Assembly: GCA_964585425.1 (NCBI GenBank)
Contig: CAZPDI010000003.1
Location: 1-44,317, forward strand
Source: an uncultured Candidatus Saccharibacteria bacterium
Lineage (GTDB): Bacteria > Patescibacteriota > Saccharimonadia > UBA4664 > CAYXHD01
Reading direction: 5' to 3'
DNA: 44,317 nt
The position numbers and the translations under genes were made by a program. Positions 31,980-39,614 of this stretch are shown here, piece by piece. The notes beneath the pieces were generated by a model. That model saw only the letters and a program-made list of their open reading frames with translations, had not been told where the DNA came from and ran no database searches. The stretch's first letter is position 1. Every line of letters starts with the position of its first letter.

Positions 31980-32116
31980 GGTAATTTCATTGCTAATCTG
32001 AGTAATAGAGAGTATAGTAACAGTGTCCGAGTATTAATTGGTCTGCGAAACAGACCCTCGTCTCTTGTCCCAATCTCTGTGAGTTGGCTAGAACGAAAAG
32101 AAGGAGCCAACCACAT

Positions 32117-32377
32117 ATGGCAAAGAAACTATTTGTAGGAAATCTATCTTACAACGTAAACGACGAACAACTAGCAGAAATGTTTGCTAGCTTTGGTGAA
32201 GTAGCCTCAGCTGCCGTCATCATTGACCGTCAAACTGGCCGTAGCAAGGGCTTTGGTTTCGTTGAATTTAACGACGATGCCGCTGCTGACGCTGCTGTTG
32301 AAGCCATGAACGGTAAAGAAGAAGGCGGTCGCCCGCTGACCGTTAACGAAGCACGTCCTAAGACTGACCGCTTCTAA
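32117..32377 (+). CDS. RRM-type RNA-binding protein (86 aa)
   Basis: ATG at 32117 lies after AAGGAG (32101..32106). RNP-2 motif LFVGNL and RNP-1 motif KGFGFVEF. Confidence 0.85.
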   Translation: MAKKLFVGNLSYNVNDEQLAEMFASFGEVASAAVIIDRQTGRSKGFGFVEFNDDAAADAAVEAMNGKEEGGRPLTVNEARPKTDRF

Positions 32378-32397
32378 TTTAGTTTTACACTAAGTCC

Positions 32398-32428
32398 AAA
32401 AAATGCCGCTCACGAGAGCGGTTTTTTG
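32398..32428 (+). terminator. intrinsic terminator after the RRM gene
   Basis: CCGCTC (32406..32411) pairs with GAGCGG (32416..32421), followed by TTTTTT. Confidence 0.75.
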
Positions 32429-32505
32429 GTATCATAAGTTGACACAGAAAAGATAATTACTTAAGCTTAAGCGTAAGCAGTAAATTAATTACAAGGAAGC
32501 TTAGT

Positions 32506-32997
32506 ATGGCAACCACCGTTAAGAAAAAGTCCGTCGCAAAAAAGAAACCGGCTCTAAAAAAATCAAAAAAAGTTAACCCTTACCTCATAGCGGTTGGTGC
32601 AATTTTAGTTGCCATTGCCGGTGCTGTAATTGTCCGAGCCAGCTTTGCATCGACGTGGCCGCTCAGCGACGGAAGCTGCGGTTACATTACTACTCGTGTT
32701 GATAATTATACGAAGCCACCTACACTTCAGCAGGGGAGTAGAGGTAAGTGTGTCAAACTCTTGCAGCAAGGGCTAATAAGCACGGGATTCTTAAAGAGCT
32801 CTGCAGACGGAATCTATGGGCCCAAGACCGCAGATGCAGTCTTATTTGCCGAGACCGCGTACCGCTTTAAAGTAAAAGACCGCGTAGCCAATAAGTGTAC
32901 TTGGCTAGCCGTGCAAGGCGCTGCTATGTACGGTAGAGGTAGTGTTGATAAGGTTAGATTCTATACTAATCTCCATGGCGGTAACTGCACGTACTAG
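32506..32997 (+). CDS. membrane-anchored protein with peptidoglycan-binding (PG_binding_1-like) domain
   Basis: Lys-rich N-terminus, one TM helix, then CVKLLQQGLISTGFL..ADGIYGPKTADAV. Confidence 0.6.
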   Translation: MATTVKKKSVAKKKPALKKSKKVNPYLIAVGAILVAIAGAVIVRASFASTWPLSDGSCGYITTRVDNYTKPPTLQQGSRGKCVKLLQQGLISTGFLKSSADGIYGPKTADAVLFAETAYRFKVKDRVANKCTWLAVQGAAMYGRGSVDKVRFYTNLHGGNCTY

Positions 32998-33066
32998 GGA
33001 ATACTTCTTATCGTCGACATCCTACATCTCCAAGCCATAACCCTTTGGACTAGCTCCTTAGGGTTT

Positions 33067-34116
33067 TTGGTATATGCGGTATGGCGACCCGTGAGGCATG
33101 ATGAAAACCAGCGTAAAGTCATAATATTGATTGGTATCTTCGTGTACGCGCTTATCTCTACATTATTACTTGGCGGTCAATTCTACCAAGTTTTTTTTGC
33201 GGAAGACCAGATGTGGACAGGTGTATTAAGTTTACTGTCTATACTGGCGCTTGCCTGGCTAATTTCGCCGCGCATTAATCAGCGCGCATTGCGATATTTT
33301 TTTTGGTGTATGGTTATTATTGCGATAGTCTCACTGCTGAGCGCTATTCCCGGTATTGCTGCAGGGCAGCGTTTGGCTGGTATTGTATTGCAGCCTAATA
33401 TACTGGCGATTATGCTGGGGAGCGGATTTATTGCCGGAGTTTATGGTAAAGACAATGGGCAGCCTCAATTCCGCCTTGGCGGGTTAGCAATTCTATTAGT
33501 TGCGATACTTTTAACACAAACCCGCGGGGTTGTTATTTTATTGCCGATCGTACTTATACCATTTTTATTACAACTTCCGTTGAAGGTGCGCAAGTATGCA
33601 TGGCTTGGGTTGGCCGCAGGGGTTCTAGGTATTTTCTTGTGCGTTCCTCGAATTGCGAGCTCAGCTCGGTTTGTTTATGGGGCCACCTATCGCTATGACT
33701 TAGCAGCCTACGGAATTAAAAATATGGCGATTATGCCACCCTGGGGGTTTGGTCCTGATGCGTTAACCACTGTTTCCGGCACATATTATCCATTACCAGA
33801 GTCTTTGCGGGCAACCACGCTTGTCGATCAGAAGCTATTAGAAAGCTCCCATGTTATAGTCATTGATCGTTTTTTAGAGTATGGATGGCTTGGCGGTGCA
33901 TCCTATTTACTGCTTATTAGTCTGTTTATTATTCAGGGTATTAGAAAGCGACACGATTCTTTGCTTGTTGTCGTTTTCGCCATCGGTTGTTTTGTGCTAG
34001 TTCAGCAGCTATTAACGGTAGCAAGGTTTCAAACCGAGATTATCCTCTGGGTTGCTATGCTGACAGTTATAGGTAAGCGATCTACTGATGCGAAGGTCGA
34101 GACTAGTAATGGTTAG
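33067..34116 (+). CDS. O-antigen ligase/Wzy-like polytopic membrane protein
   Basis: More than 8 TM helices and LTQTRGVVILL (the T/SxxRG motif region of the Wzy_C family). The start is uncertain (TTG at 33067 or GTG at 33091). Confidence 0.55.
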   Translation: MVYAVWRPVRHDENQRKVIILIGIFVYALISTLLLGGQFYQVFFAEDQMWTGVLSLLSILALAWLISPRINQRALRYFFWCMVIIAIVSLLSAIPGIAAGQRLAGIVLQPNILAIMLGSGFIAGVYGKDNGQPQFRLGGLAILLVAILLTQTRGVVILLPIVLIPFLLQLPLKVRKYAWLGLAAGVLGIFLCVPRIASSARFVYGATYRYDLAAYGIKNMAIMPPWGFGPDALTTVSGTYYPLPESLRATTLVDQKLLESSHVIVIDRFLEYGWLGGASYLLLISLFIIQGIRKRHDSLLVVVFAIGCFVLVQQLLTVARFQTEIILWVAMLTVIGKRSTDAKVETSNG

Positions 34117-34705
34117 ACGTTTATTTCTTGCGACAGTTATAATTTACATGGCTATCTTCGGATGGTTTATGCAAATACGTCAGGATCGTGATGCTGCAAG
34201 ACTGCGTATCTCTCAAGATTTTATTTTTCCCTTAAGGACCACTAAGGCGGCAATTGCTCATGGGTCGGTGTATGGAGGTCAAACGCTCGCATGGGTCCCA
34301 GAAAGCCCTGAAAGTTATCATCATGATTATGTGGCTGCAGATATTCACGTAGCGGAAGGCACCATTGTGCAGGCAGCCAAGGGAGGTAGGGTGGTGGCTG
34401 TGCGCGATGTTAAGACTTGCACGCGGAAAAGTTTTCCCTATGTGCTTATTCATGCGGTTGATAATTATTATTACCTGTATAGCCATTTAAAGCCTGGAAG
34501 TATACAAGTTGGAGTTGAAGATGCGGTTGAGGCTGGTCAGGAAATAGCTCAAGTAGGTTCTTCGCAGTGCGCGCAAGCCACTGCGCCGCACCTCCACTTG
34601 GACGTTAGTCGTTTTAGGAGCGCGGTACGAGGCGGATTCTGGGGGCAGGTGACATTAATTGACCCGCAGCCCGCCTTAAATAAGTCCTACCTATTACTAC
34701 CATAA
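34088..34705 (+). CDS. M23-family metallopeptidase
   Basis: AADIHVAEGTIVQAAKGGRV (HxxxD region), YLYSHL, and APHLHLDV (HxH). An alternative start ATG at 34109 overlaps the upstream stop. Confidence 0.75.
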   Translation: MRRSRLVMVRRLFLATVIIYMAIFGWFMQIRQDRDAARLRISQDFIFPLRTTKAAIAHGSVYGGQTLAWVPESPESYHHDYVAADIHVAEGTIVQAAKGGRVVAVRDVKTCTRKSFPYVLIHAVDNYYYLYSHLKPGSIQVGVEDAVEAGQEIAQVGSSQCAQATAPHLHLDVSRFRSAVRGGFWGQVTLIDPQPALNKSYLLLP

Positions 34706-34835
34706 TATACTTTCACAAAAGCAAAATACATAAGCTCTATCAGGTGTATCGAGAGAAAATCTGTCCAACAGGTTGACAACAGGTAACCATAAGATTATTC
34801 TTATGAGTGTTACATAAGTAAGTGAGGGACATAAC

Positions 34836-35039
34836 ATGGCATTTTCACACACAAATTCACGTGGTCAAGAATATTTCTTGCACAGCAAAGACGTAACCCT
34901 TAAGGGTGGCCGCGTACAACGTATTTACTTCTTCGCACGCGAAGTTAAGCCCGAAGGTGGCTTGGACGCAGTTCCGGAAGGTATGCAGATCGTCGAGAAC
35001 GAACGAACTGGTCTTCCTATCCTCAAGAAAAAAGCCTAG
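34836..35039 (+). CDS. hypothetical 67-aa protein
   Basis: GAGGGA RBS. Hydrophilic, with a protein-like composition, and followed by a terminator. Confidence 0.55.
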   Translation: MAFSHTNSRGQEYFLHSKDVTLKGGRVQRIYFFAREVKPEGGLDAVPEGMQIVENERTGLPILKKKA

Positions 35040-35061
35040 TTTTTCTAACTAGCACAACAAG

Positions 35062-35090
35062 AGCCGCTGCAGAAGCGGCTTTTTGTTTTG
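35062..35090 (+). terminator. intrinsic terminator
   Basis: AGCCGCT (35062..35068) pairs with AGCGGCT (35074..35080), followed by TTTTGTTTT. Confidence 0.75.
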
Positions 35091-35103
35091 TTAATCGGAT
35101 GAT

Positions 35104-35133
35104 GGTTCGAAACACGCAAGCTAGCCGGAGTCA
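35104..35133 (+). repeat. U repeat, partial copy C (3' part: GGTTCGAAACACGCA..CTAGCCGGAGTCA)
   Basis: Matches the 3' part of copies A and B (2329.. and 3601..). It ends with the 13-nt core CTAGCCGGAGTCA. Confidence 0.75.
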
Positions 35134-35237
35134 TAGTATTGATTTTTTATGAAAATCCTGTATAATATTACAGTTTTGAGTTGATTCCGAATTTCTCACT
35201 ACGAACCCCACATCTCGTCTCGAAAGGACGTTTCACA

Positions 35238-35624
35238 ATGCAGGACCTCGAAGCCCTTCGTAACCCGCTCTACCTCAAGGGCATCACCATGAAGGATCTC
35301 AAGCCTGGGCGTCGGATCAGTCTCATCTGTCCGCATCTCAGCCCGAAGCCCGATCATTACACCATCGCCTCCGTTCCGTACACCAAGCTGGAGCATGAAG
35401 GTGGCGATCTGGAAGGAGTGCTCTGGGTGGAGCTGATCTGGGAAGAGGGCGATATCGCATGCGTGCACTCGCTTGCCGACCTCGGTATCATTCCCTACCC
35501 AAGCGGCCGCTGGAGTACCAACTTCAGCGTCTGGCGTTCTCATGCGGGCTTCGCAGGGCGACAGGTGTGTGACAGTGCGGCGTTCCACGAGGCGCGAGCG
35601 AGGCGTTCCGGCCTCGGGAAGTGA
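35238..35624 (+). CDS. hypothetical 128-aa protein with G/C-ending codon bias (probable recent acquisition)
   Basis: ATG at 35238 lies 10 nt after AAAGGA. In my hand count, 29 of the first 40 codons end in G/C, against 19 of 40 for the neighbouring ABC gene. CTC is the dominant Leu codon. A long antisense ORF (35199..35759) is typical of GC3-rich genes. Confidence 0.5.
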   Translation: MQDLEALRNPLYLKGITMKDLKPGRRISLICPHLSPKPDHYTIASVPYTKLEHEGGDLEGVLWVELIWEEGDIACVHSLADLGIIPYPSGRWSTNFSVWRSHAGFAGRQVCDSAAFHEARARRSGLGK

Positions 35625-35727
35625 GATGAGCGAACTGGTGGTGGTCCCGGTGTCTTGCACACTGGGACCACCCTCGTCCCAAGTCTTTAATGCCATTGAA
35701 GGTTTAGGCTGAGAATAGAAATTTACC

Positions 35728-35758
35728 TCACTCAAAACAGTCTGAGTAGCTGGAGTCA
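35728..35758 (+). repeat. U repeat, partial copy D (5' part TCACTCAAAACAGTCTG joined to TAGCTGGAGTCA)
   Basis: Matches the 5' end of copies A and B and their TAGCYGGAG segment. The internal ~45 nt are missing. Confidence 0.75.
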
Positions 35759-35887
35759 ATCATTAAAAATAACTATTCTCGTTATTGCAAAAAAGTCGCA
35801 ATAAACAAAAAGTAGTTTTATATAGTCGGTGGACTCCTCGAAGAAAAATGGTTTGCTTATCTGGCCGAATCTGTATAATTGTAGGTA

Positions 35888-36652
35888 ATGGCTAAAGCAA
35901 AATCTGTATTAAAGGTTAAGAATCTCAAAAAAGCGTATGGCGACTTTCAGGCCGTCAAGGGTGTCAGTTTTGATGTTGCCCGCGGCGAAGTCTTTGGTAT
36001 TCTCGGGCCAAACGGGGCAGGCAAGACGACCACACTCGAGATGATCGAGGGCATGCGCCCCATTGATAGCGGCAAAGTGACCGTTGACGGTATCGACGTT
36101 GCCAAGGATCCATACAAGGTTAAAGAGAAGATTGGTATACAGCTTCAAAGCTCCAGCTTCTTTGATAACCTTAATCTTGTTGAGCTCCTAAAGCTTTTCG
36201 GTGATCTGTATCACGAAAGTATTCATCCAATGCACTTACTGCGTGAAGTTAATCTGGAAGAAAAAGCCAAGAGTCGAGCTAAAAGCCTGTCCGGTGGCCA
36301 GCGTCAGCGCTTTAGTATCGCGACTACACTTGTGAATCAACCAGTCGTCGTGTTCCTTGATGAACCAACTACTGGGCTCGATCCACAAGCTCGTCGCAAC
36401 CTCTGGGACCTTGTAAAGCAGATCCAGGCTAAAGGCACCACCGTTGTTATTACCACGCATTATATGGAAGAGGCCGAAGTGCTCTGTGATCGTATCGCAA
36501 TTATGGATGATGGCAAGATTGTAGCCCTGGATACGCCCAAGGGTCTAATTGACGATTTGCTTAAACGCGGTTTTAAGCCCCGTAAGACGGTTGCCAAAGC
36601 TACGCTTGAGGATGTCTTCATAGATTTAACTGGCAAGGAGCTGAGGGACTAA
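35888..36652 (+). CDS. ABC transporter ATP-binding protein
   Basis: Walker A GPNGAGKTT, signature LSGGQRQR, Walker B VVFLDEPT, H-loop. Confidence 0.9.
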   Translation: MAKAKSVLKVKNLKKAYGDFQAVKGVSFDVARGEVFGILGPNGAGKTTTLEMIEGMRPIDSGKVTVDGIDVAKDPYKVKEKIGIQLQSSSFFDNLNLVELLKLFGDLYHESIHPMHLLREVNLEEKAKSRAKSLSGGQRQRFSIATTLVNQPVVVFLDEPTTGLDPQARRNLWDLVKQIQAKGTTVVITTHYMEEAEVLCDRIAIMDDGKIVALDTPKGLIDDLLKRGFKPRKTVAKATLEDVFIDLTGKELRD

Positions 36653-37752
36653 TGCATCGTAAATGGCAGGCCTTTAAAAGCCTCACAATCGCCAGTCTTA
36701 AAATGTATTTCCGTAACACTTCGGCGGTGTTCTTTACGCTGGTTATTCCGATTTTCTTGGTCGTCATTTTTGGCGTGCTTAATAACGGCGATGGTAGTGG
36801 CAGCATTCACATAGCGGTGACAAATAAGTCCAATACCGAAATTGCCAAAAACTTTGAAGGCACGCTTAAAAGCATCAAGACCTTTAAGATTGATGACAGC
36901 AGCGAAGCTGATGCCCGCGATAAACTGGGCAAGGGTAAGATCGATCTGCAAGTAGTCATCCCGGCCGACTTTGGAGCTAAGACTTCGACCGGACTCAAGC
37001 CCGGAGCTGTGCAGGCGTATTATAATCAGGCCAAGCCCCAGACTGGGCAAACTGCCGGGCTGATTATCAACCAGGTCGTATCGCAGTTTAATGCTAAGGT
37101 CACGAACGCACCGCAAGTATTCATATTCAAAAGTGAGGGCGTAAAAACCAATAATCTCGGGTACATCGACTATCTGTTACCTGGTATCATCGCCATGACC
37201 ATCATGCAGCTGGGCATTTTTAGCGTGGCATTTGCCTTTATTAGCTTTAAAACCAGCGGTGCCTTGCGACGCATGCAAGCTACGCCGCTGCACCCTATTA
37301 ACTTTATTGCAGCCCAAAGCGTTACTCGCATCTTGATTGGTGTCATGCAAGTTTTGATCTTGCTCGGTATTGGGGTCTACGCCTTTAATATGCACCTCAT
37401 CGGCAGCTTGTTTAACATGATCGCTATGGCACTGATTGGTATCGTGACGTTCTTGGCCTTTGGCTTTGGCATTGCTGGGTGGGCGAAGGACGAGAACCAA
37501 GCTGCCCCCGTGGCCAACCTCATCTCGTTCCCAATGTTGTTCTTGAGCGGTACCTTCTTCCCGCGCGAGTCCTTTCCGGAATACCTCAAAAAGATCACCG
37601 ATGTCTTGCCGCTAACGTTCTTGGCTGACGGCTTGCGTCGCATTGCTAACGAGGGCGCCACGCTCTGGACGGTCCGCGGTGACATCCTAGGCCTAGCTAT
37701 TTGGGCAGTCATCGCCTTCTTTATTGCCATACGTGTCTTTAAATGGGAATAG
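36652..37752 (+). CDS. ABC-2-type transporter permease
   Basis: The start overlaps the ATPase gene stop (TAATG). N-terminal TM helix, a large extracytoplasmic loop, then 5 TM helices (ABC-2 layout). Confidence 0.8.
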   Translation: MHRKWQAFKSLTIASLKMYFRNTSAVFFTLVIPIFLVVIFGVLNNGDGSGSIHIAVTNKSNTEIAKNFEGTLKSIKTFKIDDSSEADARDKLGKGKIDLQVVIPADFGAKTSTGLKPGAVQAYYNQAKPQTGQTAGLIINQVVSQFNAKVTNAPQVFIFKSEGVKTNNLGYIDYLLPGIIAMTIMQLGIFSVAFAFISFKTSGALRRMQATPLHPINFIAAQSVTRILIGVMQVLILLGIGVYAFNMHLIGSLFNMIAMALIGIVTFLAFGFGIAGWAKDENQAAPVANLISFPMLFLSGTFFPRESFPEYLKKITDVLPLTFLADGLRRIANEGATLWTVRGDILGLAIWAVIAFFIAIRVFKWE

Positions 37753-37768
37753 CATATAACCCCCGGAC

Positions 37769-37777
37769 TGCTATAAT
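37769..37777 (+). promoter_or_regulatory. extended -10 box (TGCTATAAT) 6 nt upstream of ATG 37784
   Basis: TATAAT at 37772..37777, spacer taaggt, ATG at 37784. Confidence 0.55.
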
Positions 37778-37783
37778 TAAGGT

Positions 37784-38212
37784 ATGAAGAAATTTTTTAC
37801 GAATTATAGTCTGTATATTGCTTTCGGTATCTCGCTGGCGGCTTCACTTATTAGCTTGAGCTTGAGCGAAATCTTTCATTTGCCGCCATGTGTGCTTTGC
37901 TGGTATCAGCGCTCGATGATGTACGCCATCCCATTTATTCTTGGCATCGGCATTTATTACAAAGATAAATTCGTGGATCGTTACGTGTGGCCACTAGCGA
38001 CCATTGGCTGGATAATTGCGCTTTATCATACTTTACTGCAGTGGAAGATTTTGCCGGAGTCGGTGGCGCCCTGCCAAGCGGGCATTAGTTGTACCACCGT
38101 ACAGATCAATTATTTTGGATTCATGACCATTCCCTTTGGCTCACTCGTGGCCTTTAGCGGAATTTTAATCAGTTTATACTTGTATAGGAGGTTTAATGGA
38201 AAAAGAAACTAA
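37784..38212 (+). CDS. disulfide-bond formation protein B (BdbC/DsbB family)
   Basis: Four TM helices, the CVLCWYQR CxxC motif, and a second Cys pair (C..GISC) in the distal loop. Confidence 0.8.
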   Translation: MKKFFTNYSLYIAFGISLAASLISLSLSEIFHLPPCVLCWYQRSMMYAIPFILGIGIYYKDKFVDRYVWPLATIGWIIALYHTLLQWKILPESVAPCQAGISCTTVQINYFGFMTIPFGSLVAFSGILISLYLYRRFNGKRN

Positions 38213-38825
38213 GATCCTGCTTGGTATTATCGCAGTCATTGTTGCCGGTTTGATCGGCGTATTTATGATGTTTAATAAATCAGGCACTACGGCCACTGTT
38301 GACCCTGGTAAATTAGTTCGGGCTGATAGTCAAAAAGAGGGGAGTGGTTCTGTGCAGCTCGTCGAGTTTGGTGATTACCAGTGTCCATCCTGTGGCGCTG
38401 CTCATCCGACCGTTCAAAAGATCCTCAAAGATTTTGAAGGTAAAGTTACCTTTGTATTCCGTAACTTCCCTCTAGAAACCATTCATAAGAACGCCATGGC
38501 AGCTGCTAAATACGCTCAGGCCTCATCTAAGCAGAATAAGTTTTGGGAAATGCATAATAAGCTCTACGAATCACAAGCCGAATGGAGCGAGCTAGCTGAC
38601 CCAACCACCAAATTTGCTGAATATGCCAAAGCTCTTGGTATGGATACTGATAAGCTTAAAAAAGATGCTAACGAGCAAAGCATCGCCGATTACATCCAGC
38701 GCGATATTGACGATGGTACGGCCCTAAGTGTATCGGGCACGCCAACCTTCTTTGTTAATGGCAAACAAGTCGCCAAGAACGATTACGACAGCCTCAAAGC
38801 TGCCATCGAAGCCGCCCAGAAGTAA
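38196..38825 (+). CDS. membrane-anchored DsbA/BdbD-like thiol:disulfide oxidoreductase
   Basis: N-terminal TM anchor, thioredoxin-fold CPSC active site (GDYQCPSCG), and the cis-Pro region GTPTFFVNG. Confidence 0.8.
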   Translation: MEKETKILLGIIAVIVAGLIGVFMMFNKSGTTATVDPGKLVRADSQKEGSGSVQLVEFGDYQCPSCGAAHPTVQKILKDFEGKVTFVFRNFPLETIHKNAMAAAKYAQASSKQNKFWEMHNKLYESQAEWSELADPTTKFAEYAKALGMDTDKLKKDANEQSIADYIQRDIDDGTALSVSGTPTFFVNGKQVAKNDYDSLKAAIEAAQK

Positions 38826-38893
38826 GAGACTGATTTCTGCATAAAATGCTTATGCTTGCTGTTCGGTTTTTGTTCGTATAACATGTAACTAGT

Positions 38894-38981
38894 GGGCGTG
38901 TGGCGGAATTGGTAGACGCGCTCAACTACCACTTGAGTATTACATTGTAATGTGTGGGTTCGAGTCCCATCATGCTCACCA
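38894..38981 (+). tRNA. type II (long variable arm) tRNA with Leu-type D-arm, A73 and encoded CCA, but anticodon ACC
   Basis: Hand-folded cloverleaf. Acceptor GGGCGTG/CATGCTC has 2 G-U pairs. The D-arm TGGCGGAATTGGTAGACGCG is identical to E. coli tRNA-Leu as I remember it. The anticodon stem is CTCAA/TTGAG with loop CTACCAC (anticodon at 38928..38930). The variable arm is ATTAC-ATT-GTAAT. The T-arm is GTGGG-TTCGAGT-CCCAT. Confidence 0.7.
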
Positions 38982-38996
38982 ATGCATCATGGTACT

Positions 38997-39022
38997 AAAA
39001 AGGACGCGTTCGCGTCCTTTTT
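38997..39022. terminator. bidirectional intrinsic terminator
   Basis: AAAAAGGACGCGTTCGCGTCCTTTTT is a near-perfect palindrome with A- and T-runs. Confidence 0.8.
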
Positions 39023-39028
39023 AGATCT

Positions 39029-39043
39029 ACTCAACTACCACTT
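39029..39043 (+). repeat. exact 15-nt copy of the tRNA anticodon arm (CTCAACTACCACTTG)
   Basis: Identical to 38921..38935. Weaker similarity extends about 12 nt upstream (TT..TAGA....). Confidence 0.85.
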
Positions 39044-39097
39044 GTGATAATAAGTATACTTTAATGGCTCTGTTTAATCAATGCAAAGTCAATTCAA

Positions 39098-39174
<77 letters not shown>

Positions 39175-39239
39175 GCAGCGGTACCTCAAGAGTATATCAA
39201 TAGCTATGCGCTTATGCCAAACTTCGGTACACTAGTAAG

Positions 39240-39614
39240 GTGAATAATCTTAGCCCGCAATCTCGTACATTGGCTTCTAACATCTTGCTCGGTCTACTGG
39301 GTGTGTATTTAGCTTTTGCCTTGTTTGGCACCATTCGTCGTAATTATGAATTGCAGCGCGAGATTAGTAAGATCGAGGAGTCCAACAAGGCCTTGGAGCA
39401 GAGTAATCTTGAGCTTACGTATCAAATCGCTTATTATCAAACTGATCTGTACAAAGATAAAGCTGCAAGAGCTAAGCTCGGCCTACAAGCACCTGGCGAA
39501 AGCGTGATCATCTTGCCTAAAGTCGAAGATAAACAGGTCGCGACTGATGATAAAAAGTCTAAGCGCTCCAATTTTGCGCAATGGATCGACTTCTTGCGAG
39601 GCATAACGCAGTGA
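39240..39614 (+). CDS. septum-formation initiator family protein (FtsB/DivIC-like)
   Basis: GTG start 6 nt after TACACT. One TM helix, a leucine-zipper-like coiled coil, then the ARAKLGLQAPGESVII motif. Confidence 0.65.
   Translation: MNNLSPQSRTLASNILLGLLGVYLAFALFGTIRRNYELQREISKIEESNKALEQSNLELTYQIAYYQTDLYKDKAARAKLGLQAPGESVIILPKVEDKQVATDDKKSKRSNFAQWIDFLRGITQ

Larger units (their letters stand above)
35104..35758. mobile_element. putative inserted single-gene cassette with atypical codon usage, flanked by partial U copies and a TAGCYGGAGTCA direct repeat
   Basis: The core occurs at 35121..35133 (CTAGCCGGAGTCA) and again at 35747..35758 (TAGCTGGAGTCA). The interior has its own TATAAT (35161..35166), one gene, and a 9-bp hairpin (GGTGGTCCC/GGGACCACC). 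Confidence 0.4.

Noticed and set aside
35199-35759. 186-aa minus-strand ORF across the cassette
   Set aside because: It runs through both the hairpin and the U partial copy, and has no RBS. The plus-strand frame shows strong third-position G/C periodicity and an upstream AAAGGA, so the minus ORF is the usual shadow of a GC3-rich gene.
36649-37730. Minus-strand ORFs inside the ABC-2 permease gene (36649..37116, 36807..36998, 37177..37500, 37377..37730)
   Set aside because: They are antisense to a permease with clear TM periodicity and translational coupling to the ATPase gene. They have no independent signals.
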